Notes: generated by a model from the sequence alone, not told the origin. A stretch of DNA of 63,821 nt from Podarcis erhardii (GCA_964252035.1 CAXUOO010000287.1); one strand, 5' to 3'; shown: positions 1 through 13,522, counted from the first letter of the stretch. Numbers and translations: made by a program.

Positions 1-33
1 ACAATTATATATATGTGGATGTAAGTGTGTTTG

Positions 34-71
<38 letters not shown>

Positions 72-1650
72 AGGAGGCGTGGTGGAGATGTGTACATTGA
101 GATGAAGAAGGGAGAAAAAGAAAGAAGAAGAGGAAGGACGTATACGCGTGCTTGAGTTTTCCAAGTGTACATACACTTGCACTGGCATACAAAGACACAG
201 GCAGACAGCTCCATTACCGTGGAAGATTCAAATCAACCGCTCTCCTACATTTGAGGTATATGTATGTATATGTGTAGAGCAAGTAAAAAAGAGAGAAAAA
301 AGAGAGAAAAGCCAGATTTAAAGTTTGCATATATGCATGTTTTTGATATCGTGCAAAAGTACAGACACCTGCTGTGCAAATATCATAGACGAAAACAGTG
401 AAACACTGCGTTAGAAAGGAAGAAGGCAAACACAGGAAAAAATTGACAGAAAGAGTCACATGACACAGAGAGAGAGAGAGAAAGTGAATTTGAAGAGAGA
501 AAGACAGAAAGAAACAACGTGGAATTGTAGAGAAGAGATCGAGAGAGGGAACGACTACCAAAATGGTAAAGAAGGCTGTGAGAAGATCTCTATATCAGTG
601 AGAGTGAAAAAAGGATTTAATAACTGTGATAGAGACTCGACCCACCGTCTTCACAGTGCATAGGCGACTTTCTTAGCAATCGACCGTAAAAGGGCACTAA
701 GGGCCAAGTCGGTGGAGATGGGGGCTGCAAAATCAGCACAAATTCCACTTTTTGACAGGCAAATTTGCGGAACAAAGAAAGAAACATCGTTGACGAAAGA
801 GCTCACTCACGCAAATACATACACACATACGAAGAAAGCACAAGACACAAAAAAGCGCCCCAGTAGGCTGTCAAGCATGCCACACTCGAGATATATGACT
901 AGATAGCGCCAGCAAGGACTTGAATTCCACGTAAAAAGAGTCTACTTAAGGTTGTAAGCAAGTATTCGAGAAAGTGAAAAATTCGCAAGAGTAGACACAT
1001 GATCGAAAGACAGTTTCAAAAATAGCTACTTTAGCAGGACTGGAAGTGGTAGGCGAAATATACTATGATGTAAATACACATATGTGAACGGAGATGTGGC
1101 CTGATTCGCATCAAATTTATAATGAAAATCGTGAGTTGTTTTGAGTGGTTACAGAACTCGAGCTGCTGCTGCAAACTACGGAGCCGACGAAGACTTCATC
1201 GCACGGTTTGTATACGCGTACATACATATATATATATATATAATGTATATAAGTACACCATATCTGTAAGTGTAAATATGCATTTGTGTATTCTCAAAAA
1301 TTACTCGAAACCACATACTGAAAAAACTTTTCATTACAGTGGAAACCGTTGCTACACGCACATACACATGTCAATTTTCACTGCCGTCTACGTGAATTTC
1401 ACTTGAATATGTATATACAAAGCAACATTCACTAGATCTAACCAGTATAGCAGCAGCATCAACGACAAAAGATTATATATTTCACGACAATTTTACACCA
1501 GCTGCAAACTTGTCGACAATACAGTACACTATAGGCGACTGCCACCAGCCGTGCTTAGGTATTTTCATACCTGACAACTGCATAAAGATCCACTACTTAC
1601 AAACTATTATAATTAACTCCATATCTATAAAAAAATATATATAAACTTAC

Positions 1651-1774
1651 CACTTTCAGCTTTTGCAGAAGGCTTTCAGAGCGCTGCTGCTGCTGCAAAC
1701 GCAAATCCTGCAGACGTGCCTCCCTTTCTCTGAGCTGCTGCTGCAGCATCAACAGAACAGCAGCACGAATAACA

Positions 1775-1813
<39 letters not shown>

Positions 1814-2064
1814 GAACAAGCATGACTTGAAAAGCAGACTCAGCAATATTCACAGCCACAACAGCCAAGATTGAAGCCAAAATACTGCTGTAATAACCAC
1901 ACACAAACACCCAGTCTGTCGAAACAGGTGGTCTCAAATGGATGCTCACTCTGTCTCGCTTAAACTAACCTGCAAACATATGCCTATATCACCTTTTCTC
2001 CTATATATATTTTTATTTGTAGGAGCCGACCTACTCGTACGCGAGTATCTAATCATACTTTACA

Positions 2065-2121
<57 letters not shown>

Positions 2122-3092
2122 TTATTTATTTATACGTTGATGAATATCCATGAATTTTCGCACACTCTGAAGCGCTCACAAAAAAATACTTTCATTTTCG
2201 TGCCAGCAGTTGCGCAAGTATATAGGTTTGAATGGATATGTAAGTTTATCTTTATATCAACTACTAGAAAGTTTTCAAAAGCAGGCTCGCCCTGACCGTA
2301 CGCATACCAACTAGATGCGCGCGCAATAGAGAAGCTTTTCAGCAGATGTATAGATTTAAAAAATACTGAGCAAATATCTATATGTGACTCACATCAAAAA
2401 CTCTAACCTTTAAAAGCAAGAGTGCCCGATCTTTAATTCATCAGAACACACGTGATTCAAATCAACCACTTCCTACATATATATATATATATCTTTTATG
2501 ATACGCACAAATGTACTTGTTCCCCTACCAAGATAAACCAAATTTACTGTGTACTTGCACAGACTAATCACTGCAGATCTACATCCATATATAAGATATA
2601 CATGTGTAAGGGCAGTACGAACGTTATGTACGAGTGTATGTACAGCGTAAATTTTCAGGTAGAGATATGCTGCCGTTGATAAGAAAGGAAAGATTTCTTA
2701 CGAGTTGTCTTTGAACGTTTGTGGTGAAAAAACGGTAGGCGTCGACGGCCTTTCTGGTGTAGGATTTTTGCAGAAAAAGCGCTCTTTCACGAGCAGCAGC
2801 AAGGAAGAGTTTTTCATCATCAACTGAAGCACCAGTATAATTCAAAACAGCTGAAAAATCTTCTTCTGCTGAAACCTTGCTGGGTTCAGTTTTCACTGCT
2901 GCAACACCAGAAATCTCCCGTTGAGGCCGATAGTCGTCCTAAAACGCGACGCAAAAAAAGCACAACAAAAACGCATGCGAAAAACAAAGAAAAACCAGCA
3001 AAAGTCGAACGAAAAGACTCACAGCCTTTGTCTTCAGCAGTTGACAGACACAACAACAGCAAACTACACACACACACAGCAACCAAGCACCA

Positions 3093-3136
<44 letters not shown>

Positions 3137-4788
3137 AGTCTCTCCTATTTAGTAACCTTTTTTGTATTACAAGCCACAGAACGAATCACAGAGCGAAACG
3201 AGTCCATTATTAATAAAAAAACAAAAAACAGACAAACCAGCAAGTGCCTTTGTATTCAAAGAGCAGAAGAAGAGTCAAAGCAACACAACTGCGTTATTCA
3301 AGCAGCAGCAGAATCTATAGACAAGTGTTCTAGCAATTCTCAAACCGAAGAGCTACAGCAGAACATTTATAGCAGAACAGCTATAGCAGAACAGCTATAG
3401 CAGAAACAGCCAAAAAAGGCAGCAAACAGAGGAGCAGCTTCTACTGCAGTTTGCATGCATGAAAGCCACTTCTATCAATATAAAAAAGCGACTGCAACAA
3501 CAACAACAACTGCTAAAACAACGGCAGTGGTGAGTTTGAGCGAAAGCAGCAGTAGTGAGTTCACTTCAACTGTGAATTCATCTCAGCAACAGTAGAAGTA
3601 TCAAAAACAGCAACATTTATTGCTGCAGCAGCAGTGATAGTATGAAATACAGCAAAATCAACACAGTCTTAATACAACATAGGCAGCAACAACANNNNNN
3701 NNNNNNNNNNNNNNNNNNNNNNNNNNNNNNNNNNNNNNNNNNNNNNNNNNNNNNNNNNNNNNNNNNNNNNNNNNNNNNNNNNNNNNNNNNNNNNNNNNNN
3801 NNNNNNNNNNNNNNNNNNNNNNNNNGAGCTGCAGTTTGAGTAGTGAGAACAACGAGAACAAGAAGAGCAGAAATCAAGAGCAATATTCGCAGCAGCAGCA
3901 AAGGAAAAAAAATGCGGTAGCCCCAAAACCAGCAGCGAAAAGCAGCAAAATCAGACTTTACATCCACTGGAGTTGTGCTTGAAAACTCAGCAAAACAGCA
4001 AGCAGCGCAGTAGTCGTGCACTGATAAAACTAAACAGCAAAAGCAGTGGTCGCACTAACACTGAAAAAGCAACCGCTGCGAATCCAGCCACTGTAGAATT
4101 CATACAAACGCTTACACCCCACACATAGATCCGAAGAATCTAAATTTCAATTCCACCTTCACAACAAAATCTCAAAAATTCAAGTACAGATATATATAAA
4201 TAGATTTATATGTAATATATATATGTATGTGTGTACGTGTATGTATGTGTTTTATGATGTGTAGTTTGGGTAGTCGAGTGTTGTTTGAGTGTTCAATCAA
4301 CGGCAAAGGTGCAGAAAAGAACTCAATTGTATTGCATGCTGAACATTTCCAACACAGCAGTTTGGCGCGAATGTGCGACTACTACAGTAAAAAGCTGAAT
4401 CGATGAAACAAATCATCGAGTAGCATATTTCTGCGCTTGTGTCACATACGTATGTTACGCATGCACACATGTATGTGGGCGATATAATAGCGCCACCTAT
4501 ATATTGTGTTTCAACACACATTGAAACATCAAAGACTTCGTGCCCATTGTCTGCCTTTTTTCTCGAGTTCCGTAGATTTTTCTTGTGTGCACATGCACGG
4601 CTTTTCAAAGAGGTGAAAGTGTACTGTTTTACGGTTTCACAAATTTTCCTTGCAACGTCGATCCTTGTTTGCGTGGAGTTACACACACAAAAATACTGCT
4701 CATCGATATATGAGACTCGTATCAGCTAAAACCTCCGTACATTTTCGTATGTGTGTATATATCATCGATGAGACTGCGTATACAATAT

Positions 4789-4844
<56 letters not shown>

Positions 4845-7022
4845 GCATGCACTCTATTCGGTGAGCAGTATATTTTAGGCGTATTATAAGTCCGCGCAGG
4901 AGATTTTCCATAACATTGAATAGCTTTACGAAGAAGTTCAGCGCCTCATGCATATGTGCATGTGTATGAGTCAGCGTGTGTTCAGAGACGAGGAGTCAAA
5001 ACAGTATAATAGTGAAAGTCTATATACAAAATATATATATATATGTATAGGAGAATTTGGATAGAGCAAGTGCACCTGTGGGGCAGCGCTTGAAAAGGCT
5101 TGTTGCTCGAGAAGAGAAACAAAAGCGTCTTTGCCCAAACCGCTGTTGAGTGGGGCTTTGCAGTCTGGTTGGCTAGCTGCTGCTGGTTCTGCTTGAAGAG
5201 CATCGAGAGGCAGCAGCTTGGGTGGTTGAGGCTTGCTGAAGAAAGCTGCCGTCGATTCAGAAGTCTGTTTTTGCTGCTTCAGCGAAAATTCGCTAGTTCG
5301 AGAACTTTGCTGCTTTTTCTGCGGCAGCAATTGCAGACTTCGCTGCTGCTGCTGCTGGGGCAATTTGAGCAAGGAATCACTGTGCTGTTCGAATTTGCCC
5401 AACAAAAGAAACTGCAAATGTTGCTGCATGGGGCGCTTTAGTGAAAAATGTTCAGAGCCAGAAGTCGCAGAGTTCGTGCTGGGAGTGGGCAAAGCAGCGG
5501 CAGCAGACGTAGAAGAGTCGCTGCATGCAACAGCCCCCTCACTTTCTGCAAAAAAACCCACCCCAAAACTCCCCCTCCTACCACTATTACTACCACTACT
5601 ACCACTACCACTACCACTATTACTATCACTACCACTATTACTACCACTACCACTACCACTACCACTTCGATTCCTATTCTTGTTGAAAGTACTGCTATTT
5701 GGACTTCTACGAGTAGTGCTGAGACTCCTGTGCATGCAGCAGCGAGTCCTGTGGTGGGTTTTTTCGGTGGGGCTTTCGCAATTCGTTCGAGTCGAGTTTG
5801 TGGGGGCGCTTTCAGCTGCACAAAGAGCTGCAGCAAAAGCCCCACTAGTTGTTGAATCAGCCAAGAAAGAGGGGGGGGCTGAGGGCGAGCGCGGCAGTGA
5901 AAAAAGAGGGGCAGCTTGCATGCGAAGTGAGGGCTCCTTTTTTCGTTGCAGTCGATTTACACTGCTGGTGACGGGCTTGCAGTTTCTCTGCTCCATTTCT
6001 TCTTCGTAACAACAACTACGCGTCTCTTGAAGAGCAGCCAAAAAATCGAGACCACCACCACTACAACTATTACTACAACTATTACTACTACTACTACTAC
6101 TATTCGTAGTAGGCGCAGTGGTGGTGTTGTTGCCTCCTCTTGAATAGGCAGTAACAAGGCCCTTTTTCGGAGGAGACGTGGGGGTGTGTGGTGGGAAACT
6201 GGGGCTTCGATTGTGGGGGTTGTTTTGGCTGAGACAGGAAAAAGAGGGACAAGAACGCGAGGCTGAAGAAGAGAGAAAAGCAGTGGAAGTTGCTTCTTCT
6301 GGGTCGCCTCGCAAAAAAGGAAAAGTTCTTTTTGTGAGTAATCCTGCTGCTGCTCCTCCTCCTCCTACTGCTACTGCAGCAGCAGTGCAGAAATCCTCGC
6401 TTTGCTGCTGTTTGTGGGCAAAGGCCTGAAACTGAGCTCCCTCTTTTGCTGAGGAATTGCTGCAGCAGTAAAAGTGGTGAACTGGCTGTTCCAGTAGTGG
6501 TGGTGGAGCTCCTCGATGCAGTAGCTGCTGTTTCTTCTGCATGCAGTGGAGGAGGGGAAGCGGAGTCGCTGCTGGTGAAGCACACGGTGCGCTTAGAATG
6601 CGCGCAGCTGCAGAAAACGGAGCAGCAGCTGCTGCTGCTGCATGTTTTTTTGCATGCAGTGTTGGACTGACTGACGAAAAAGCAGAAGGGGAGCAGAAAC
6701 CGAAAGAAGAAAAAGGAGGAGAAAAAGAACTGGAGGAAGAAGAGTGGGGACGGGGGGGAAGCAGGGGGGCTGGGGAGCAGGGATTGGGAAGGCTGTGGAG
6801 TGCGTCGAGGAAGAAGGGGGCTGTGGGGGGGGGGTTTTTGTGTGGAGAAAAAGACGAAGAACTGGCTGTTGCATGCACTGAGCTCGTTCGAGAGAAAAGA
6901 GAGGATGCAACACACTCATCACAACCACTCTCCTTGTTGTCTCGAAGTGAAAGCCCACTCTGCGAGCCACTCCCACACGTCTCTTCTTTTCCCCACGTCG
7001 GCCTCGTGTTTGGCTTCTTCAT
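1651..7022 (-). CDS. Multi-exon gene, TAF4-like (TFIID subunit 4): long low-complexity N-terminus plus C-terminal histone-fold-like region; probably continues left of 1651
   Basis: Predicted exons 7022-5076, 2938-2702, 2407-2393, 2334-2308, 2166-2136, 1950-1854 and 1740-1651, all GT-AG and phase-consistent except one 1-nt discrepancy at 2393/2334. The spliced product reads EEDFSAVLNYTGASVDDEKLFL...QRQLVRVFD..SLLRAHLVECAKIHGYSS..VSTDWVFVCGYYSSILASILAVVAQQLREREARLQ. This resembles the TAF4 pattern (D-v-aGV-l-eEe; L-k-i-eiakkhG; long helix). The gene is well supported; the family call is tentative. Confidence 0.5.
3093..3136. repeat. (ACT)n trinucleotide microsatellite
   Basis: Uninterrupted actactact run of about 14 units. 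Confidence 0.95.
3368..3410. repeat. 14-bp tandem repeat x3 (tatagcagaacagc)
   Basis: Directly visible; the third copy has one extra A. Confidence 0.85.
3695..3825. other. Assembly gap (131 N)
   Basis: Run of N flanked by CAA/CAG-type repeats. Confidence 1.
5076..7022 (-). CDS. First exon of the TAF4-like gene (about 649 codons; Ser/Ala/Gln/Pro-rich with GSGS and poly-S tracts)
   Basis: Part of the 692-aa ORF 4971-7049. ATG at 7022 (MKKPNTRP) and a phase-0 donor CAG|gtgcac at 5076/5075; TA-rich intron-like sequence follows. Confidence 0.7.
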
Positions 7023-10000
7023 GCTGCTGCTCCTATTTCCGCCCACCACAAAAGCGACTGCTACTGCGACAACGACGACTACTACTTCTACTACTACTAG
7101 TGCAACTCATGTGTATGGATTTGTCGCTTTTCTGGGGTGTGTGAGAGTGTGTGTGTGTGGTAAAGGAGGAGAAGAAGAAGGAGGGAAAAAGGTCACTTGT
7201 CGCGTTCTCTGTGCGCCTTTCAGTCTCTTGCATCCACAAATACATCATTGACGACTTTCTTGGGTACTTGCTTCAGTCGACAGATTCTTTCTACACTCTC
7301 TGGAAAGCGCTGAATGAAGATTTCTCGCGCTCGAACAACCTTTCACTATACGCGTGCATAGGTTGCAGTATACACACAAAGCCGGGTGCTGCACACTTGC
7401 TTTACTAGAAGAAAATGCCTTTTTGGGGTATTTTCACATGTACGTACACGCACGTGCATGCACATGCACGAAACATATGGAAAAAAATCGGCAGTGGAAC
7501 TTGCATGTTCTGCTCTGCTTCTACTGCGACAGTCTTGGTGGCAGGCAAAAGGCAGAAAGGAAGTCAAATCAACGCGCATGCGTTTACTTATAATTTCTAC
7601 TTAAATTGTATTCGGAATGGCTGCTGTCGGCTCTGATACTGTTGTTGACGTGGTTGCTGCTTTGTTTTTCTTAGAGTTTTTTTCTGAACTACGAATTCTG
7701 CGAAGCACTAGACTTTTTGAAGAAATCGTACAAAGTCGTTCAAAAATGCAAATCACAGAGACACGAATGCACGCAGATTCCAGCTAGACAACGAACTGAA
7801 AATTTATGCAAATTCATATATCTATATATGCATGTAGGAGGTACAGAGAGATGCAGACAAATATTATACATATATAATATATATATAGTGAAGACAGAGT
7901 CATGTGGAGTTCCAAACGTGTACACAGTGAGCAGGAGACAGAAACAGCCACTTCGAAAGTTTGAATTAAAATATATATTTATACATATATATAGTTGTAT
8001 AGAGTTAATAGATGTACGTTTTATTGCACCGGTTATATGGGAGAAGACCGGCCTTTCAAAGCCGGTGGTAAACCACTTTTTATCTATCAATGTAGTTGGT
8101 CCTTGGTTTCAAAGAAAAAGGAGAAACATATGAAATAGAGGAGAAAGAAAAAACACAATATGAAGTAGATTAATGCGCGAAGAGTCAGTATGAAGAAGCT
8201 GGACGAAAGTGTGAAGATGGAGAATTCGGAGGTTCGGGTACATGACAGAGAAGGCACGAGTGAAGACACGCTAGTACAGACTAGAGAGGCGAAGCTGAAG
8301 AGAATACCGATTACATCTGAATTTTAAGATTACGCAATGGAAAAACCGAAAAAAACGCAAAGCGAGTGACAGAAATAGGGAGGGAACAAAAAAATTCAGA
8401 AGATTGAAATTACGCGAAGACCAGAGAGTGGTAGAAACTATACAGGAATAAGAAAGGCACAGTTGAAGATGGGGCAAGTTTTCATAGCTGAAATCAATAC
8501 ATCGCTTCAGTGAGACAATAGCTGAGTAGCATTGCTGCAAAAGTCGTCAGCACTTGGGACAAATCTCACACAGGGAATTCTGCCGAAAATTGACACCTCA
8601 AGCTCACCTACGTAAACAGCAAGATGCTCTGCGTTTTCGAAAAAAATTTACACAGAATTCAGCCAGTAGATGAACTTTTAAGACAATCATGTCAAAAAAG
8701 TGTAAATAGAATAAAACCAGGAGAAATTAAAAAATTTGGACTACGCGGCTCTGAATAGTCGCACATTGAGTGTGGAGATTCGCCTAGTGATTGGCAGCAA
8801 CGCTTGCGCAACTAACTTCAATCTGACACAGAAAATGTTTAGGCACAAATTCAGGTTATTTCTTTCCCAAAGTAAAAACACGCACAACTGGCGCAACGAC
8901 AAATTAAAATGTTCTAGTTCTCTGATATGAAGTATTCCAAAGCGACTAAAATTCTTTTTTTTTACAAACGGATGGAGAGAGTGCAGTTTAATCGCTATAT
9001 CCTAAATTTTGAGTTGTTAGCGCTTTCTCTCCAGCCCATGCAACAGCAGCACCAACAGCAGCAGAATGTAACAGAATAGCAGCACCAGCCGCAGAAAGTA
9101 GGCAACAACCACGGGACAGCTGCAAAATCACAGCGAGTAAAAAAGCAACAAGAACCTTGAAGTAAAAATTTTTTTTCCAATATATATCTGTATACATGTC
9201 ATAAACGCAAGGATCATTGAACGATCTACTCTAGCGTGACCTAACATGCCCGTAAGTACGTGTTTGTGCGTCTACCAGTCTGTTCGTAGTTGCCATGGAA
9301 GTATATACATGTATGTATGTAAGTGGCAAAAGATTCATCCAGCCAAAATTGTGCATATCCATATGCTAGAACAATACAGAAGACCACTCTGTTCAGCGCA
9401 AGGGCGACTGGACAATAATCAGAGTATCACCATTCATACGTATAACCCTGACCTACTAGCGCTGGCGTACATACCATCACATCTTCTCTCCAACTTTTGA
9501 ACAGCAGACGATGTATCGTTTAGGTACGTACACACATATATATTGATCTACCTAAAGTCACCTATGGTTATGGAAAAAAATAAACATATACATATATATA
9601 TATTGTGAGGTCGTTCAGTCACGTGCATGCGCAGAGAGAGAAAATAGTACCTGTACCTTGTGACATTGAGGTACTTAGCGTCACGAGTTTGCAATGGTTA
9701 CGTCATACCCGCTTTTGTATCGCAGAATTTTTATTGTATGTTTTATATAAACGGAAATCTGCGCTAAGATCCGGCAATTTAGACGAGAGTCCGACTGCCC
9801 TGTACTTCAATTTGCGGTGCTATGTTGATTGTACAAGTTTACGCAGCTCTGCATTCTGCACATCGGGTCTATATCATTTCGTGCGGGAGATTAACCACCG
9901 ACGCCTACGCCGAAAAACCACTTTCTTCCTTTTCTTTTCGCCCTTTCTCTCTTTCAAAACAGAACCTTTACTTGTCTTCTCCTCTCTCCGTTTGTCTTTT

Positions 10001-10733
10001 CCGGTAACTCTTGTGTTTCTATGTGCGGCCGGTAGCATCTCGTGAAAGCCCGGCTCTCTATCAACAACTCACACAACGTTTGGTCTTCTCCATCCGTATT
10101 AAGGTAAGAAACAGCGTTGAGTCAGCCAACGCATGTATATGTACGCACACAAGTATACGTAAATTCCTATATATATATGTATATATATACGTCTGTAGCA
10201 TGAAGCAAGACATACTCTTTTTACAGCGGTTAGAAGCTGTGCTTCTGAAACCGAGATGCAGATCTTTACCATTCGTCACGTACACAAATTAGACTCAGTA
10301 TTTTCAAATCCACAAGTACAAGGGTTACCTCTTTTAACTACATCCTTTATACGTATATTCAGCGTATACTTTTTGTATATATGAACATGAGCACGTCTTT
10401 ATACATATATATGTATAGGGTCGTGCACGTGGATTCGATCGACAGAGTATGCAGAATTTATCTAGTTTTTCCCTTCTGCTTCAGCTCTTGATTCAAAAAA
10501 CTGTCGATCTGCTTATAGGCATTGATGTCACACTGTGCGCTAATATATGTATCTACATATATGTAAAAATAAACGTGTTAGGCAAGTCTGCGAAACCCTA
10601 CGTATAAAAACGGAGAGAATCTGACTGATACACGTGTTGTCTCTCGGTTGACATTCGTGCATGCGCTTCAGTTGTAATTGAAGAGGCAGCAGCGCCATCT
10701 CACACACGTAGAAGCTTCTGTAGAATCGCAGGC

Positions 10734-10805
10734 GTGCATGCACTTTCTATACACTTTCTGGCATTTATTGTGCATGCACTTTCTATACACTTTCTGGCAT
10801 TTATC
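10734..10805. repeat. 36-bp tandem duplication containing TGCATGCA
   Basis: gtgcatgcactttctatacactttctggcatttat(t/c) x2. Confidence 0.9.
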
Positions 10806-11267
10806 GTGTTGTACGTAAAACTGATGACCATGTATATAAAAAAAGCGCTGAAAACTGAGAAGGGCAGATCTTGTTAGTGAGTGATCTTTCCTAACCACTG
10901 CAGCACAAGAACGTCCCAGTGATCAACTTTTTCTACGTGAGCAAAAGGCTTCCTTAACCACAAGTATATCTCCATCTGTATCTGTATATCCACAAGCATG
11001 CACAGAGAGGTTGTTTGTACTGAACTTACAGCGAGATCACCACTCATCAACTCCCCTTACGTCCAAAAATATATCTTTGTCCCTCAGTCTAGACATTTCT
11101 GCAAGTTTGTCTGGCATCTGTAAAAATTTTTTATTTTTATACATATCTGAGACATTGAGTTTCTTGGTACGCCAATATACCGCTGGAGCTGTGAGGCAGC
11201 AGACATAGCTACATATAGAGAATTTAAATTTCGTGTATATTGTGCTGGCCTTTTTTTTATTGCAGAA

Positions 11268-11593
11268 ATGCTGCAAAATATGTACGAGAGCAGCTGCAGC
11301 AGCAGCGGATTTGGCCGCGAAGGAGGCGACGCAGCAGCTTACGGCACTGCTTCAAGTACTCCTGTTTACAGGTTTGCAGCACAACAGCCAGTGTAGCAAC
11401 AAGCAGAAAGTCTGCTTTATTCTCTCTTCTTTTTAGTCTATTTCAGTATCTACTTGCGGAATCATAGAGAACCCCAGTTTTCTTACGTGTACACATAAAA
11501 ATTTCGTAACAGCACCAAAAAATCCCACAACTGTAGCTTCACATACAGTCAAACGTGGCAGCAGTTTTTCCACTCCCTACCTATATACCACGT

Positions 11594-11640
<47 letters not shown>

Positions 11641-12323
11641 GATGTATATATATATTTTAGTGCTTTAAGGCGACGGCAGCGCTGCAGCAGCACGAAATTT
11701 GTTATGATTGCTTCAAATTTGTAGCACGCTCGCAATCGCTTGACATTGCAGTATACCTAAAATGCAAGCTTGCTTTACGTATTTTGTATGAAGGAATTCG
11801 ATGCATGTACATATATAAATAAATCAATAAATATATATATATATATATACAGAAGATGAAGTTTATGTGTGCTGCGTTGTGTATATTGTGTCGCATCAAG
11901 TCTTTTGAAATGACCTGTCATTCTACTCAAAATTTCAATGAGGATGCACTGACTGCTGTTGCGGGCAAAGTTCTTTACTAGTGAAGATTACGAAGCGCAT
12001 GCGTTTAATCGCAGCTACTAAGTGACCACATTGTTTACAAAAATCGGTTGTGCTGTACTTAAAGTACAGGGTGCAAAAGAAAATTAGAGATATATATATA
12101 TATTATGTAAAGCGCTAGCGTTTTTGCTTTACATATAGAAGATACTTTGTCTAATTTTGATCTGATTGTATAGAAAACTTGATTTCTTCTACTCTATACA
12201 CTTTATCTGTTTCAGTGAGGAATGTAGTGAGGGCTTAGTGAAAAAAGACTGTGTTGGTTTGTCGCGTCCTATCTGACTCTGTACACGTGGAATATGATGT
12301 AGTTGGATAGCTTTACATGCACC

Positions 12324-12369
<46 letters not shown>

Positions 12370-12788
12370 CATTTAAAATATAGAGTGCCCATATAACTAT
12401 TTACATATTTATGAATATATATGTATATCTTTATTTGAATTACTTACTGTATACGTGTGTAAACAGACTAATAAGTGGTGCAATGCTGCCTCAGTTTCTT
12501 GAAGAGCCCGTGCGCCTTGTCGGCTTTTTCAAGGCTCTCGATACTCAAAACAATTCTCTCACGTTTACTACGACTGATGGTAAGGACAAATATATATCTT
12601 GTTTTACTAGCTGTTTTATATCTATATATATATATATATATACTATGCAATTATGAGTTTTTCATTGCCACCTAGTGTGCAAACTTAAAGCCGTTCTAGT
12701 TCATACTGTTTTGATGACTCGTATTGGACGCACACATAGAAACATGAGACGCTTCCGCTTCTATATGGTACATGAAATAGATGATTAC

Positions 12789-12837
<49 letters not shown>

Positions 12838-13484
12838 GGTGTATACACACGTCAACTTACATATTTATGACACAAATTCTGCAGAGTTTAGTGCAAGATT
12901 GCGACTGTTAAACAGTGCTGCTGCATGTTGACGTATTACTTTTTTGTTCTGCTTTTATGTTTCCATTCTTTTCTATGCAAAAATGAGTCGTTTTCGTTAC
13001 TACTGCTTCTGCACAGCTGTTTATGAACCATATACATATTACTGCATCCATTTCTACACATATTATATATATATATGTATAATTTGTCGTAGTGATAGCC
13101 TCGCAGGGGGTGTGGGTTTTTTTCTAAAGAAATTCTATAGATTTTGTTTGAGAAGCACAGCTAGAAGAAGGGAAGGAAACCAAAAATCAATGATAAACAT
13201 GGAGCCACTGCAGTCTTCTTTCTTTCAGACGTAACTGGTATCAAATGAATACCGTATAAACGGTATTTGGAGCTCTAAAACCTGCACATTTGTACATACA
13301 TTACACATATATTTATATCTATATGTATATATGTAGATACACATATGTAAGTATGTACTACTGTATGTAGGTTTTCTGCTATCAGAATTCTACTCGATGT
13401 AAGAGCTCTATTTGAATACAGTGTTTAGCAGCAGCTATACCTTTATGAACACTGGTGAAGGAAAATATCAGTTGTATACCTATG

Positions 13485-13522
<38 letters not shown>

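Noticed and set aside
5100-7251. Long plus-strand ORFs opposite the TAF4-like first exon (also 25489-27273, 28717-30099, 46668-47303, 55738-57653)
   Set aside because: Shadow frames of triplet-repeat-rich coding sequence on the other strand.
13248-13267. Perfect 8-bp hairpin aataccgt-ataa-acggtatt; also a weak hairpin at about 8047-8066
   Set aside because: Too short to exceed chance in 64 kb; not a recognisable ncRNA or terminal inverted repeat.
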